From the NCBI GenBank assembly GCA_903911135.1, contig CAIWCG010000194.1, positions 1 to 58,516 of the forward strand: a stretch of DNA of 58,516 nt, written 5' to 3'. The stretch comes from an uncultured Bacteroidota bacterium (GTDB taxonomy: Bacteria > Bacteroidota > Bacteroidia > AKYH767-A > JABDAW01). The position numbers and the translations under genes were made by a program. Below the pieces are notes generated by a model that saw nothing but the letters and a program-made list of their open reading frames with translations, made no database searches and had not been told where the DNA came from. This document shows, one piece after another, positions 7,791 through 18,888 of the stretch (position 1 is the stretch's first letter; each line of letters starts with the position of its first letter).

Positions 7791-10028
7791 TTAATGCTTG
7801 ACCAAAATCTTTTCTACCAAAGTCTGCTGGGAATTGAGATTTACCTTACAGAAATATACACCGTTTGCAAGATTGGAAACATCAATGTTTGTTCTAGTTT
7901 CGTCTTTGCCGAAGGCCTTATGCATTATCTCCTGCCCAAGGATATCATACATATATAAATTATTCATGAAAACATTTTGCCCAATGATATTGATTGTTAC
8001 GATATTACCTGATGGATTAGGAAAAACTGATATTTTGGGGTTATTATTCCGTGGAAAATTCGTTCCAGTTTGATTGGTCGAAACATAAAGATTAACACCG
8101 CCCAATTGGTTGCCAGTAATCAAATCCATTTTGCCATCGCCATCAATGTCGCCGCCACAAACACTGACTCTGGTTCCATCGAAACCAAACATGGAATGAT
8201 AGTTGAACATGGAATCGACTAGATTAAAAGTTCCAGCCAGATTGCCATCAATGTTATTGTAATAATAAATATATCCTCGCTCACTTCCAACCATCAATTT
8301 ATATGAACCCGCACTGTCAAACATGAACGGCTGCGAATAGCCAGTAAGATAGCCATGCTCCTTCACATTTACACCACCGAAATTACTTGTCTGCAAAGTA
8401 AAAACAGGGTTGGTGGCAGAGCCCGTATTTTGATAATAACTTATCCTTCCATAAATATCGCCAATGATCAGATCCAGCAACCCATCACGGTTTGCATCTA
8501 TCAATTGAGGGGATGCATAGCTGTTATTGCCTATGCTGATGTTTTGATAACGAATGGTTGGAGTACCATAATTGGCGGGGAAACCGATTGCGGCAGTATC
8601 TGGGAAATACATCAGATATCCCGAATCGATGCCCACTATCATATCCCTCTTTCCGGTGCCATAAATATCTCCAAATGTCGGCTTTACTGCATTGACATGC
8701 AGCGAATTGATGTTCGCCCAATCTTGAGTCATTAAAGTAAATGCAGGATGTGAATTTGTACCCGTATTTCTGAACAGCGACAAGCCACTTTTATAGCTGC
8801 CTACCGTGTCAAAATAACCATAATTGCCTATGACCAAATCCTTCAAGCCATCATTGTCATAATCAAATAATACAGGCATCGAATTTTGCCCAACTTCGAT
8901 CATTTTTCCTTGCATGAAAGAGTCGGTTTGATAATGAAATATGGGGTTGGCATCCGTTCCAAAGTTCTTGTAATACCATATTCCATGCGTGTTTTCAGAA
9001 ACCCCTGGTGCATTCGGTGCGCAAATCAAATCCCGTTTTCCATCATTGTCAACATCCACATGAAAGCAACATGGAAACGCCGGAATGTTGATGGAAACAT
9101 CGCTTGAAGGATACAGACAATCCTGCGATGTGATGTTTGCCGCCTGTGGCGTCCCACCATTATACAAGGCATCGGCAGAATTAGAAACCACATCGCCAAC
9201 AATCACTTCTTTGGCTCCATCGCCATTCAAATCCAAACCACACAAACAACCGCCACTATGCTTCATCCAACCGGGTGAAAAAATCGCCGAATCATGCGCG
9301 TTCAATCGGCACCCAATACCCAATTGAAAACAATTCGCATTCGATTGTGTGCCACAGTTTCCCCAACAATTTACAAGTGTTTTAAAATCAACGCTGTCGC
9401 AAGTCTTTCCATCATCAATGGCTACATTTCTATGAAAGTAAATGATGTTTCCCAATGGCGCAAACGACAGTACATCTACCATTCCATCACCATCCATATC
9501 CAAGATAGTCGGGAGGTTCACTGGGCTCACATATAAATTCTCATGCTGCGTGCCCCAAACGGTCATTACGGTTGTTGCTATCAATGAAAATTGCAAACCA
9601 TTTACCGAAGAATAATCGTTTCTGTAAAGCGTCATTCCGCCACCTGTTCCAGTCGAATTATAGGTATAGATATCCTGTTTTCCATCGCAGTTATAATCTG
9701 CCAACAAAGCCCAATTCGTCATGTTGGTAGGGAATTTCGCTTGATATTCCGGTGCATATCGGTAGCTCACCGCATTCGGTGTTCCGGTGTTGATGAAGGT
9801 AATGACCTTGTTGCCATCCCTATCGAAAACAAACAGGTCCTGCAGCCCATCGCCATTCAAATCAATCGTCGAAAACTGCGGATTGTTCATCCCTCCAGCC
9901 CATGGAATCGTCAAGGTGTCGCCATTCACGATTACCGGAATGTTGTCGTTGAAATAAAACGAATATTGCGCCTTTCCAACACCAATAGTGGCAAGAAAAA
10001 TGGCCAAGGAAACGATTATTTTTTTCAT
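7791..10028 (-). CDS. FG-GAP/VCBS-repeat protein with a T9SS C-terminal sorting domain
   Basis: 745 aa. Signal peptide, many D.NGDG..D/DYDNDGLKD calcium-loop repeats, and a C-terminus VFPNPSGNIVTINI..GVYFCKV. Confidence 0.85.
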   Translation of the reverse strand: MKKIIVSLAIFLATIGVGKAQYSFYFNDNIPVIVNGDTLTIPWAGGMNNPQFSTIDLNGDGLQDLFVFDRDGNKVITFINTGTPNAVSYRYAPEYQAKFPTNMTNWALLADYNCDGKQDIYTYNSTGTGGGMTLYRNDYSSVNGLQFSLIATTVMTVWGTQHENLYVSPVNLPTILDMDGDGMVDVLSFAPLGNIIYFHRNVAIDDGKTCDSVDFKTLVNCWGNCGTQSNANCFQLGIGCRLNAHDSAIFSPGWMKHSGGCLCGLDLNGDGAKEVIVGDVVSNSADALYNGGTPQAANITSQDCLYPSSDVSINIPAFPCCFHVDVDNDGKRDLICAPNAPGVSENTHGIWYYKNFGTDANPIFHYQTDSFMQGKMIEVGQNSMPVLFDYDNDGLKDLVIGNYGYFDTVGSYKSGLSLFRNTGTNSHPAFTLMTQDWANINSLHVNAVKPTFGDIYGTGKRDMIVGIDSGYLMYFPDTAAIGFPANYGTPTIRYQNISIGNNSYASPQLIDANRDGLLDLIIGDIYGRISYYQNTGSATNPVFTLQTSNFGGVNVKEHGYLTGYSQPFMFDSAGSYKLMVGSERGYIYYYNNIDGNLAGTFNLVDSMFNYHSMFGFDGTRVSVCGGDIDGDGKMDLITGNQLGGVNLYVSTNQTGTNFPRNNNPKISVFPNPSGNIVTINIIGQNVFMNNLYMYDILGQEIMHKAFGKDETRTNIDVSNLANGVYFCKVNLNSQQTLVEKILVKH

Positions 10029-10127
10029 TCAGCAAAAATAAACATTATCTTCGAATAACAATTCCAAAATTTTTCCGTAAGAAGTCGGATAGTCTTAATT
10101 CAAAGCTACCTATACGCAAATATTACA

Positions 10128-10715
10128 ATGAAAAACTCGACCAAAAACACTGGCATGAAGCAACTCATTTTTACCCTGATGCTATTCGGAATCATCCTTG
10201 CCAACGGCTGCAAAACCGTACGATACGACACCGAAAGATATATAAAAAACACCATCGAAACGCATAAATCCGGTGAATTCAGCAACGTAAAAATCCTGTC
10301 TTTATACAACCAAACTTCGATGAAAGACGGAACCCATCTCAAGATGACCGCCTATAAATACGACAACCAAAAGGGCCTCATCATCGCTGCATTTCAATAT
10401 TATCTCGACCGCAAAAAGACCAAGGATGACGGTAATGTAAACACCAACACGGCCTTCATTCGCCTCGATACCATGCAATGCCGCGCCATTCTAAACAATT
10501 ATTCCAAGCTGGAAACCCGCATAAAAAAAGATGTTCCGCAACTCGAAGAGGAGATTCACGAAGACTTCACCGTATCCGACGAACTCTTCATCAGCTTTGC
10601 AAAATCCAAACACGGCGATGTGCCCAACTACCTCGCCTTATGGATAAAGGGCGAAAAATATACCCTCTCCACCGATGCCCTGCTGAACAACCTCGAAGAC
10701 TTCATGAAATACTGA
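10128..10715 (+). CDS. Hypothetical lipoprotein
   Basis: 195 aa. Lipobox-like LFGIILANGC. Confidence 0.65.
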   Translation: MKNSTKNTGMKQLIFTLMLFGIILANGCKTVRYDTERYIKNTIETHKSGEFSNVKILSLYNQTSMKDGTHLKMTAYKYDNQKGLIIAAFQYYLDRKKTKDDGNVNTNTAFIRLDTMQCRAILNNYSKLETRIKKDVPQLEEEIHEDFTVSDELFISFAKSKHGDVPNYLALWIKGEKYTLSTDALLNNLEDFMKY

Positions 10716-10897
10716 TTTCTTTAGGCACCACTAAGTTTTTTAATCTCCATATTCATCATCTTATTGCAGCACCCGAAAGGGAATGCTGTCATAAGATGGG
10801 GAGTACAAAAAAGCGTGATCCGCTTCTCAGTTTTTGCAGTAAATATTATACAACCTTATCGGAGTTGAAACGCACATGTTAGAATTGCTTGTTCTTG

Positions 10898-12199
10898 TTA
10901 TTTCGCGTTTTCCAACATCCACATGGCATCCATTTTAAGCATGGAATCAACCGGAATTTTTCTGCTTTCTGCCTTCTTTACTATTTCATTATACCAACTT
11001 GCCGTATTTCTTATACTGGTAATGATATCATTCAGTTTTTGATTTATTGCTTTTGGTGGCCCATGTGAAATCCCATTATTTTGATGATATAACTTATAGG
11101 CCGCTTCAATAAAGCCCCATCCTAATTGATTGAAACATAGTGGATTTGCCATTATCATCACAATTTGATGCTTTTCTATTTCCTCTTTTAAATCGATATC
11201 ACCTGTTTGCAGAATCGGATTTCCAGGGCAATGCAATTCATGAAAATAATACCAAAATGAATATTTATTAAAAATTAATCCCGCCCTTCCAGTTCCATAA
11301 ATTCCCCAATAAAAACTATCGCCGATGGTCAATACATCCGGTTTTGCTTTGCCTTGGTCTTTGAAAGACATCACTGGATATCCCATTTTAAAGGTATTAA
11401 GGCTCATTAATAGGTTCATTCCTGCAGCAATATCATAATCCGATGATAGGTAATCAAATCCAGTAACGATAGTGTCATATTTGATTGTAGGCATCTCAAT
11501 GTTTCTTAATTTTTCAATGAACTTGACTAAAATTACTGTTGATGTATCACAACCGTAATCGCTCCAATGATGCCCATATTGAGGATATAAAGGATAAGCC
11601 GATTTATGTTTGTTTTCAATGAAATAGGAATTTAAGTCAAGATAAGGGATATCCATTTTTTTTAGGGTATCGCTCATATATTCGTAATTGCTGTTTTTTT
11701 TCTTTTTGCCATATCGGTCTGGAATGAATTCAGGGTAGAAAAAAGCTTTGTTCGGAACAGCCACTACAATAAGGTCAATCCCTCTTCGCTTTAATGAATC
11801 ATGAACATCCTTTAATTGGCCCAGTTGGTCGTTCAATGATTTTTCTTGACATAAATCATCACCAAGGTAGGATTTGATTACTCCCTCTTCATATATATAA
11901 TTATTTTTTCCGATGATCATGCCATTGGCAAGTGCCAAATTATCCACATCGAATGCTATCTGGTTGTTAATCCTGATGAAGATATTTCTTAACCCGAAAT
12001 TATCATTCAAAAACTTTTCTTTTGTCGTTTGGTAAGTTGCGTTCAACCAACCATTCATTGAAAACGAGGTATCTTTGGCATTGACTATTGCGCCTTTCAG
12101 CGGTTTTACTTCAATGAAATTAAACCCTTGCTGAAGCATCGGCAAGAACAAAGCCAATAAAAGTATTCCAAACAGTATTTTCTTCGGATTGTTGTTCAT
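10898..12199 (-). CDS. AlgX/AlgJ-like (DHHW-type, SGNH-like) polysaccharide O-acetylation protein
   Basis: 433 aa. N-terminal TM/signal anchor and a GHHWSDYG motif resembling the DHHW signature. Translationally abutted to the MBOAT gene: its start at 12199 lies directly after the MBOAT stop at 12200. Confidence 0.6.
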   Translation of the reverse strand: MNNNPKKILFGILLLALFLPMLQQGFNFIEVKPLKGAIVNAKDTSFSMNGWLNATYQTTKEKFLNDNFGLRNIFIRINNQIAFDVDNLALANGMIIGKNNYIYEEGVIKSYLGDDLCQEKSLNDQLGQLKDVHDSLKRRGIDLIVVAVPNKAFFYPEFIPDRYGKKKKNSNYEYMSDTLKKMDIPYLDLNSYFIENKHKSAYPLYPQYGHHWSDYGCDTSTVILVKFIEKLRNIEMPTIKYDTIVTGFDYLSSDYDIAAGMNLLMSLNTFKMGYPVMSFKDQGKAKPDVLTIGDSFYWGIYGTGRAGLIFNKYSFWYYFHELHCPGNPILQTGDIDLKEEIEKHQIVMIMANPLCFNQLGWGFIEAAYKLYHQNNGISHGPPKAINQKLNDIITSIRNTASWYNEIVKKAESRKIPVDSMLKMDAMWMLENAK

Positions 12200-13654
12200 C
12201 TAAAATCTGAAATAAATGAATGGATTAAAACCTTCTGCCGCTATATTGCTGATGCAGATTATAAATAAAAAAACCGCTGCCACGGATAATAACACGTTTA
12301 CCTTTAGCGAGTGATAAGGCGCATATAAGCGTTCCTGCAATTTCTTTCCAACAACCCAAAAAGTAAAAAATGAAAAAAGTACACTCAAACAAAAAATGAT
12401 GTAAAACGACGATTGAAAAGGAATATAAACAAGATTGATTCCTCGAAAACTATACATCGCCTGCAAATAGGATATCGCCTTCTCTATCGTATCTGACCGA
12501 AAAAAGACCCAGCCGCTAGAAACGATTATAAAAGTCAAAATCATCCTGAAAAATGACGGAACCTTTTTGTAAAATTTCAGAAGAAAACCACGCTCCAACA
12601 CCAAAAACAAACCATGATAAGCACCCCAAGCGATAAAACACCAAGATGCCCCATGCCAAAAACCGGAGATTAGAAATACAAGCCAAAGGTTGAAAAACAA
12701 TCTCCACTTGTTATTTACCCTATTACCGCCCAAAGGAATGTATAAATAGTTTTTCATCCAATTCCCTAAGGTAATATGCCACCGCTTCCAAAATTCAGTG
12801 ATGCTCTGCGAAGTGTATGGATTGTTGAAGTTTTCCGGAAATTCAAATCCCATCATTCTACCCAAACCAATAGCCATGTCAGAATATCCTGAAAAATCAA
12901 AATATATCTGAAAAGTATATGCCAAAATGCCTATCCAAGCCATAGATGAACTCAAATGAACATAATCCTGATTAAAAATGGAAGACGAATATTTGCCCAT
13001 TAAGTTAGCAATCAAAACCTTTTTGCACAGACCAATGACGAATTGATAAAATCCTGTAAGCTTAAAATCAATCGTGTCATTCCTTTCACGGTCAGTAATC
13101 TGGTCAGCAATTTCATGATATCTGATTATTGGCCCAGCAATAAGCTTAGGAAACAAAATGATATACGTTTGATAATCCCAAAATTTCCTTAGCGGAGCAT
13201 GCACCCGCCTATACACATCGATAACATAAGTCAATGTTTCGAAAGTATAAAACGAAATTCCAATAGGCATCACCACCTCCAGCAGTTTGATGTGCTTGGC
13301 ACGAATCGATAAGTTGAAATGAAAATGTAAATAATCGAAAACTGAATTAAGATTGTCGATGAAAAAGTTACAGTATTTAAAATAAAACAACAAGCCTACA
13401 TTCATTAAGATTGAAAACACAAGAACCAACCTCCGTTTTAAATCAGTAGTCGAATTATACATGAAATGCACCAAATGAAAATCAAGAAAAGTGGTACCCA
13501 ACAAAACAAAAATGAACTTTGGCGCACCCCAACTATAAAATATAATGCTAAAAAAAAGAATGACAAAATTCTTATATCTCTTATCCGCCAAAAAATATAT
13601 CGAAAGGAAAATCGGTAAAAAATATAATAAGAATACAATGCTGCTAAATACCAT
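12200..13654 (-). CDS. MBOAT family O-acyltransferase (AlgI/DltB-like)
   Basis: 484 aa, polytopic. Motifs FWKRWHITLGNW and SGFWHGASW. Confidence 0.9.
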   Translation of the reverse strand: MVFSSIVFLLYFLPIFLSIYFLADKRYKNFVILFFSIIFYSWGAPKFIFVLLGTTFLDFHLVHFMYNSTTDLKRRLVLVFSILMNVGLLFYFKYCNFFIDNLNSVFDYLHFHFNLSIRAKHIKLLEVVMPIGISFYTFETLTYVIDVYRRVHAPLRKFWDYQTYIILFPKLIAGPIIRYHEIADQITDRERNDTIDFKLTGFYQFVIGLCKKVLIANLMGKYSSSIFNQDYVHLSSSMAWIGILAYTFQIYFDFSGYSDMAIGLGRMMGFEFPENFNNPYTSQSITEFWKRWHITLGNWMKNYLYIPLGGNRVNNKWRLFFNLWLVFLISGFWHGASWCFIAWGAYHGLFLVLERGFLLKFYKKVPSFFRMILTFIIVSSGWVFFRSDTIEKAISYLQAMYSFRGINLVYIPFQSSFYIIFCLSVLFSFFTFWVVGKKLQERLYAPYHSLKVNVLLSVAAVFLFIICISNIAAEGFNPFIYFRF

Positions 13655-13941
13655 AAGCTAGAAATGCAACAAAATAAATAAAATCATCACATAAAACGGA
13701 GCAAGGCTAAATATCATTTTCCGACAACACTATTTTCTCATATATCATTGGGCAAAAGTACAATTAAAATCATTAACAATAACAAAAAATTCCCCAAAAG
13801 TAAAAGTTCAAAATATTTTACCCACCTTACAGTTTTATTTTCTGCTGAATATCCCCGTTTCTATTGGTCAGCTGCCACACATTCATCAAAAATATCAAAA
13901 AACAGATTATCATGAAATAATCGATATGTTAACAAAACCGT

Positions 13942-14118
13942 GTACTTTGAGTTCATGGGCGCGTACTTTGAGTTGCTTGGTACGTACTTTGAGTTGCTTG
14001 GTACGTACTTTGAGTTGCTTGGTGCGTACATTGAGTTCATGGGTACGTACTTTGAGTTGATGGGTAGGTACTTTGAGTTAATGGGCACGTACTTAGGCTT
14101 GCTTGGTGTGTACTTTGC
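13942..14118. repeat. 21-bp tandem array (array 3), about 8.4 units
   Basis: Consensus is GTACTTTGAGTTGCTTGGTAC. Unit junctions create the GTACGTAC palindrome. Lies upstream of the MBOAT operon. Confidence 0.9.
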
Positions 14119-14183
14119 ATATTCACCACCTGAAATTAGGGATTAATCAAGGCATATTTGCCCATAAGCCTCGAAATAAGTGT

Positions 14184-15080
14184 TTAAATGTGGTGCAATT
14201 CATCCACTTTGCTGCGATAATTCTCATACAGCAGGTGAATGATGCCATCCGATAGGCCAATCTGCGGCACAATGATCTCTTCGGCACCCGCAGCCTTCAT
14301 GATGCTCCTGAAAATCTTCGTTGCGGGCACTATCACATCCGCCCTGTCGGGATTCAGCCCCAAAATCTTGATGCGATCGTCGTAAGTATAGGAGTTGATC
14401 AAGTCGCTGAACGCCTTTAGTTCGGTGAAATGCAAAGGCTTATCCTTTTTCCGCAACATCTTATAGATCTTGTTGATATTTCCGCCGGAACCTATCGCCA
14501 TGAGGGGATGATAAGGCTCCGAAACGGCCTTTACCCAGTCCTTGAAGTTGTTCCAAGCCTCCTTGTCTATCTGTCCATGCAGCAATCTTATCGTACCTAT
14601 GTTGAAAGACTTGGAAGCCACCACTTCATTGTTCGAAAAGAGGGTTAATTCTGTGCTACCTCCACCCACATCGATGTATAAATACGATTTGTCATGGTCC
14701 AAGTGTTCTGCAATATGGTTAGAATAGATTATTTGTGCTTCATTCTTGCCATCAATGATTTCCACATTGATGCCAGCCTCCGCTTTTATCCTTTCAATAA
14801 TCTCTTTTCCATTCAAAGCATCCCTCATTGCCGAAGTGGCGCAGGCTCTATAATCAATAGGTTCGTAAACCTGGATGAGATGATAGAAAGCCTTCATGGC
14901 AGTGATGAGTTTCTCGGTCTTTTCGTCCGAAATGCGCTGGTGAAGGAACGAATCCTCGCCCAAACGAATGGGAATGCGTATCAATTCCGCCTTTTTGAAC
15001 GAAACTTCGCCGTTTTCTATCACATTGGAGAATAAAAGGCGGACGGCATTGGAGCCTATATCTATGGCAGCGAACTTCAA
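14184..15080 (-). CDS. ppx: Exopolyphosphatase, Ppx/GppA family
   Basis: 298 aa. Has AAIDIGSNAVRLL and DVGGGSTEL actin-like ATPase motifs. Abuts ppk1. Confidence 0.9.
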   Translation of the reverse strand: MKFAAIDIGSNAVRLLFSNVIENGEVSFKKAELIRIPIRLGEDSFLHQRISDEKTEKLITAMKAFYHLIQVYEPIDYRACATSAMRDALNGKEIIERIKAEAGINVEIIDGKNEAQIIYSNHIAEHLDHDKSYLYIDVGGGSTELTLFSNNEVVASKSFNIGTIRLLHGQIDKEAWNNFKDWVKAVSEPYHPLMAIGSGGNINKIYKMLRKKDKPLHFTELKAFSDLINSYTYDDRIKILGLNPDRADVIVPATKIFRSIMKAAGAEEIIVPQIGLSDGIIHLLYENYRSKVDELHHI

Positions 15081-17174
15081 TTATTTCTTTCTTGTTAATT
15101 TCGTGGGCAAATCAGGATGTTTCTTCTGGTGCTTGATCTCTTTATAAATTTCATCCTGCGAAATTACAGAAATAGTTGTCGAATTTTTTACATAAACGTT
15201 CTTTTGCTTCTTGTCAAGGATGCGTGCTTTGGTATTATCCTTCCATTGCGTATCAAAAATCTTCTTCAATTCCATCTGAAGCTCCTTGTTGTACACGGGA
15301 ACTGCCACCTCCGACCTGAAATCCAAGTTTCTTATCATCCAATCAGCCGATGAGATGTAGTACTTCTCATCATTATTGTTGCAGAAGATGAAGATTCGTC
15401 CATGTTCCAGGTATCTTCCCACTATGCTTATCGCTTCTATGTTTTCGCTCAAGCCTTCCACTCCCGGAACCAAGGAACAAATGCCTCTGATGATGAGTTT
15501 TATCTTCACTCCCGCCTGACTTGCCTTATATAACTTCACAATCAGGTCATGATCTACCAGACTATTTAACTTTAAATAAATGTATGCGTCTTTGCCTGCC
15601 TTTTTATTCTTGATTTCATTCTCTATCAAGGCCAAAAACTTGCGGCGCATTTGAAATGGCGATACAACCAAGTGCCTATACACCCCTTTCTTGAGATTAT
15701 CCGTATAGAAATTGAACACCGATGCCACTTCATTGGTTATTCTCTTGTCGGCAGTGATCAAGCTCAAATCGCTATAAAGCTTTGCAGTGTTTTCATTGAA
15801 ATTGCCCGTTCCGATACTGGCATAATTCACCATTTCTCCGCGCTCGTTCCTTGTTATCAAAAACAATTTCGAATGAACTTTCAACCCGGGGACGCCATAA
15901 ATTACCTTCACACCTTCTTCTATCAACTTATCTGCCCAATAGATGTTCGCTTCCTCATCAAACCGAGCCTGAACTTCAACAACTGCGGTAACGGCCTTTC
16001 CATTTTTCACTGCATTGATCAAAGCATTGACAATGCTTGAGTTTCTTGCGACCCGATACAAGGTAATCTTGATCGAAACCACCTTAGGATCTATCGAAGC
16101 CTCCCGTAAAAGTTCGATGGTGTGAAGAAATGAATGATAGGGGTAACATAACAGGACATCCTTCTGCTTGATGACCTTCAACAAGCTTCGTTGGCCTGCC
16201 AAATCCTTGTGATCTACTGGAGGCATGCTATGAAAACGCAACTCGCTTCGGCCAACTTTTGGGAAATCGATGAAGTCTTTGAAGTTGTGGTAACGACCTC
16301 CGGGAACATAGCTGTCCTCTTTGTGCATCTTCAATTTATTCTTGAGATAAATCAGCATGTCATCGGGCATGGCCTCATCAAAAATCATCCGAACCGGTTG
16401 GCCTTTCTTGCGCCTCTTCACACTTCGGGCTATTTTCTCTACAAAAGATTTCGAAACATCGTTATCAATGTCCAATTCGGCATCACGTGTGAGCTTGATG
16501 GTATATGATTCTATCGTATCGTAATCAAAAATGGAAAAGACATCATCCAGACAATATCGAATCACATCATCCAAAAGAATGATGTATTTCTTTTCGTCTG
16601 TGGATGGCAGTACCAGAAACCTGCTCAATCGGTCGGTCGGTATCTCAACCAATGAATATCTCGGTTTCTTTTTATTGCGTGCCAATTTGAGGATAAGATA
16701 GATGGATTTGTCTTTAAGATATGGAAATTCGAGCGTACTGTCGAGCATTATCGGCACCAAAGTCTGCAATACATTATCATGAAAATACTCTTTCACAAAC
16801 TTGCCTTGATGATCGTCCAGATGCAGTTCATCAATCATGAATAGCTGTTGCGCTTCCATCTCTTTCAGGAGATTTATGTAGATACGTTCGAAACTTTCCT
16901 GCTGCTTGATGGTCATTTTCTGAATCTTGCTCATCAACTTTTCGGGATCATCGCCCAACAATTTTTCAGCAGTTTTCCCTATCTTCGACATTCGCAACAC
17001 GGTGGCAACACGCACACGAAAAAACTCATCCCTATTGTTCGAAAAGATGCCAAGAAATCGCATTCGTTCTATCAAAGGATTGTTTTTGTCATCAGCCTCC
17101 TGCAGCACTCGGCCATTAAAAGCCAGCCAACTGATGTCGCGGTTGATAAGGGGTACAACTTTTACTCTATCCAT
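15081..17174 (-). CDS. ppk1: Polyphosphate kinase 1
   Basis: 697 aa. Has NRDISWLAFNGRVLQEA, FLGIFSNNRDEFF and two PLD-like HSK motifs. Confidence 0.95.
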   Translation of the reverse strand: MDRVKVVPLINRDISWLAFNGRVLQEADDKNNPLIERMRFLGIFSNNRDEFFRVRVATVLRMSKIGKTAEKLLGDDPEKLMSKIQKMTIKQQESFERIYINLLKEMEAQQLFMIDELHLDDHQGKFVKEYFHDNVLQTLVPIMLDSTLEFPYLKDKSIYLILKLARNKKKPRYSLVEIPTDRLSRFLVLPSTDEKKYIILLDDVIRYCLDDVFSIFDYDTIESYTIKLTRDAELDIDNDVSKSFVEKIARSVKRRKKGQPVRMIFDEAMPDDMLIYLKNKLKMHKEDSYVPGGRYHNFKDFIDFPKVGRSELRFHSMPPVDHKDLAGQRSLLKVIKQKDVLLCYPYHSFLHTIELLREASIDPKVVSIKITLYRVARNSSIVNALINAVKNGKAVTAVVEVQARFDEEANIYWADKLIEEGVKVIYGVPGLKVHSKLFLITRNERGEMVNYASIGTGNFNENTAKLYSDLSLITADKRITNEVASVFNFYTDNLKKGVYRHLVVSPFQMRRKFLALIENEIKNKKAGKDAYIYLKLNSLVDHDLIVKLYKASQAGVKIKLIIRGICSLVPGVEGLSENIEAISIVGRYLEHGRIFIFCNNNDEKYYISSADWMIRNLDFRSEVAVPVYNKELQMELKKIFDTQWKDNTKARILDKKQKNVYVKNSTTISVISQDEIYKEIKHQKKHPDLPTKLTRKK

Positions 17175-17420
17175 TCAATCTTTCGTTGTTTCATTTTGCA
17201 AAATTACTCCTTTGTCATCGAATGGTAATATTAAATTATCGTTAAGTTTCTTGGCCCCATTTTTAAACTCATACATTCATTGATAAAAATCATCTAAAAG
17301 CAATATTTAGCCAAAAAAAGGCTCAAAAAAGACCTGAAAAAGTCAATGAATACCAGGTAAAAGACGGTTTTAATACGGGGCAAGTCGATTTGTGGTTGTT
17401 ATCGTCTCATCTTATCCCCA

Positions 17421-17590
17421 AACTTATAAGTAATGTAACATAACTTATAAGTAACTGCCCCTAACTTATAAATAATGTTACTTAACTCATAAGTAACTGC
17501 CACTTACTTGTAAGTAACTGCCATAAATTCATAAATAACTGCCACAAACTTATGAGTAACTGCCATAAACTTGTAAGTAACTGCCATGGA
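17421..17590. repeat. 21-bp tandem array (array 4), about 8 units; degenerate traces reach about 17635
   Basis: Consensus is AACTTATAAGTAACTGCCATA with palindrome ACTTATAAGT. Lies upstream of ppk1. Confidence 0.9.
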
Positions 17591-17799
17591 TAGTATAGTA
17601 ATGTGTAAAGAAGGAATAGTAATTGCCACAAACCGTCTATTTCGGTAATTGAATCGTTTTATCTGATGATTATGACTAAATATTTCATTACGATATGTTC
17701 GATTATTGGCATCAAAAAACAAATCATAAAGACATTAAAAATGCCTTTAATGAAATCAATTATTGATGATGTTTGGAAATGATTTTATCTGAAACCGCA

Positions 17800-18885
17800 T
17801 CATTTTGGTGCATTCCGCAGAATCACCAAACTGATGATGGAAAAGATGACATTCGGTATCCAGACCGCCAGTAGCGGAGGGAAGCCGCCATTGATGGCGA
17901 AGGTTTCGAAGATTCGTTGGAAAAGGATGTAAGTGAAGCTCAAGGTGAGCCCTATTCCCATCTGCATGCCGATGCCTCCACGTACTTTTCGGCTGGATAA
18001 GGACACGCCGAGAAGCGTAAGGATGAAGGCGGCGAATGGCATGGCGGCGCGTTTGTATAATTCTACCACACCTTCTTCTACATTCTCCGCACCTTTGAGT
18101 CGCAAGGAGGCAATATAGTTCGACAGCTCGCCATTGTTCATGGTTTCTATCTTGTTTATCTTTACGATGAAATCATTGGGACGGAATGGAAACACGGTAT
18201 CCAATCGCATGCCGGTACGGATGTTTTCCTTCATGCCATCGAAGGTATGAATGGAGTAATTTTCCAAGATTTTCCAGTGATGAGTCAAGGAATCATACTT
18301 CATGCGGTTGGTTTCGAGCTTGTAAACCATTTGACCATCCTTAATTTTTTCTAATGTGAAGCGATAACCGGTGTTTCCGCGGCCATCAAAGGAATCGAAG
18401 TAGGCATAAACGCCGGGACTCACCTGCACATGCTTGTTTTTGGCCCTCAATTCGGAGGGATTATGGATATACACATCCTCAAACTGCATCCGAACTTTGT
18501 TTGCTGCGGGAATGATCCATCCATTGAGCGTAAAGGAAAGCGCTGCCAGGAAAGCGGCGGCAATAAAATACGGACGCATGATGCGATTGAAGCTGATGCC
18601 GGCACTTAACATGGCTACAATTTCGGTTTGATTCGCCATTTTTGCCGTAAAGAAAATGACGGCGATGAATACGAACAGGGAACTGAAAAGATTGGCGAAC
18701 CAAGGAATGAAATTGAGGTAATAACGGAAGATGATGTCGTAAAGAGGAGCGCCCTTTTCCATGAAATCATCGATTTTTTCGGATATGTCGAAGACTATGG
18801 CAATGGCAATGATCAATGCAATGGCGAAGAAGTAGGTGCCAAGGAATTTTTTGATGATATACCAGTCGAGAAGCTTTAATTTCAT
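17800..18885 (-). CDS. LptF/LptG family LPS export permease
   Basis: 361 aa. YjgP/YjgQ topology: three TM helices, a periplasmic beta-jellyroll, then three TM helices. Confidence 0.9.
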   Translation of the reverse strand: MKLKLLDWYIIKKFLGTYFFAIALIIAIAIVFDISEKIDDFMEKGAPLYDIIFRYYLNFIPWFANLFSSLFVFIAVIFFTAKMANQTEIVAMLSAGISFNRIMRPYFIAAAFLAALSFTLNGWIIPAANKVRMQFEDVYIHNPSELRAKNKHVQVSPGVYAYFDSFDGRGNTGYRFTLEKIKDGQMVYKLETNRMKYDSLTHHWKILENYSIHTFDGMKENIRTGMRLDTVFPFRPNDFIVKINKIETMNNGELSNYIASLRLKGAENVEEGVVELYKRAAMPFAAFILTLLGVSLSSRKVRGGIGMQMGIGLTLSFTYILFQRIFETFAINGGFPPLLAVWIPNVIFSIISLVILRNAPK

Positions 18886-18888
18886 CGT

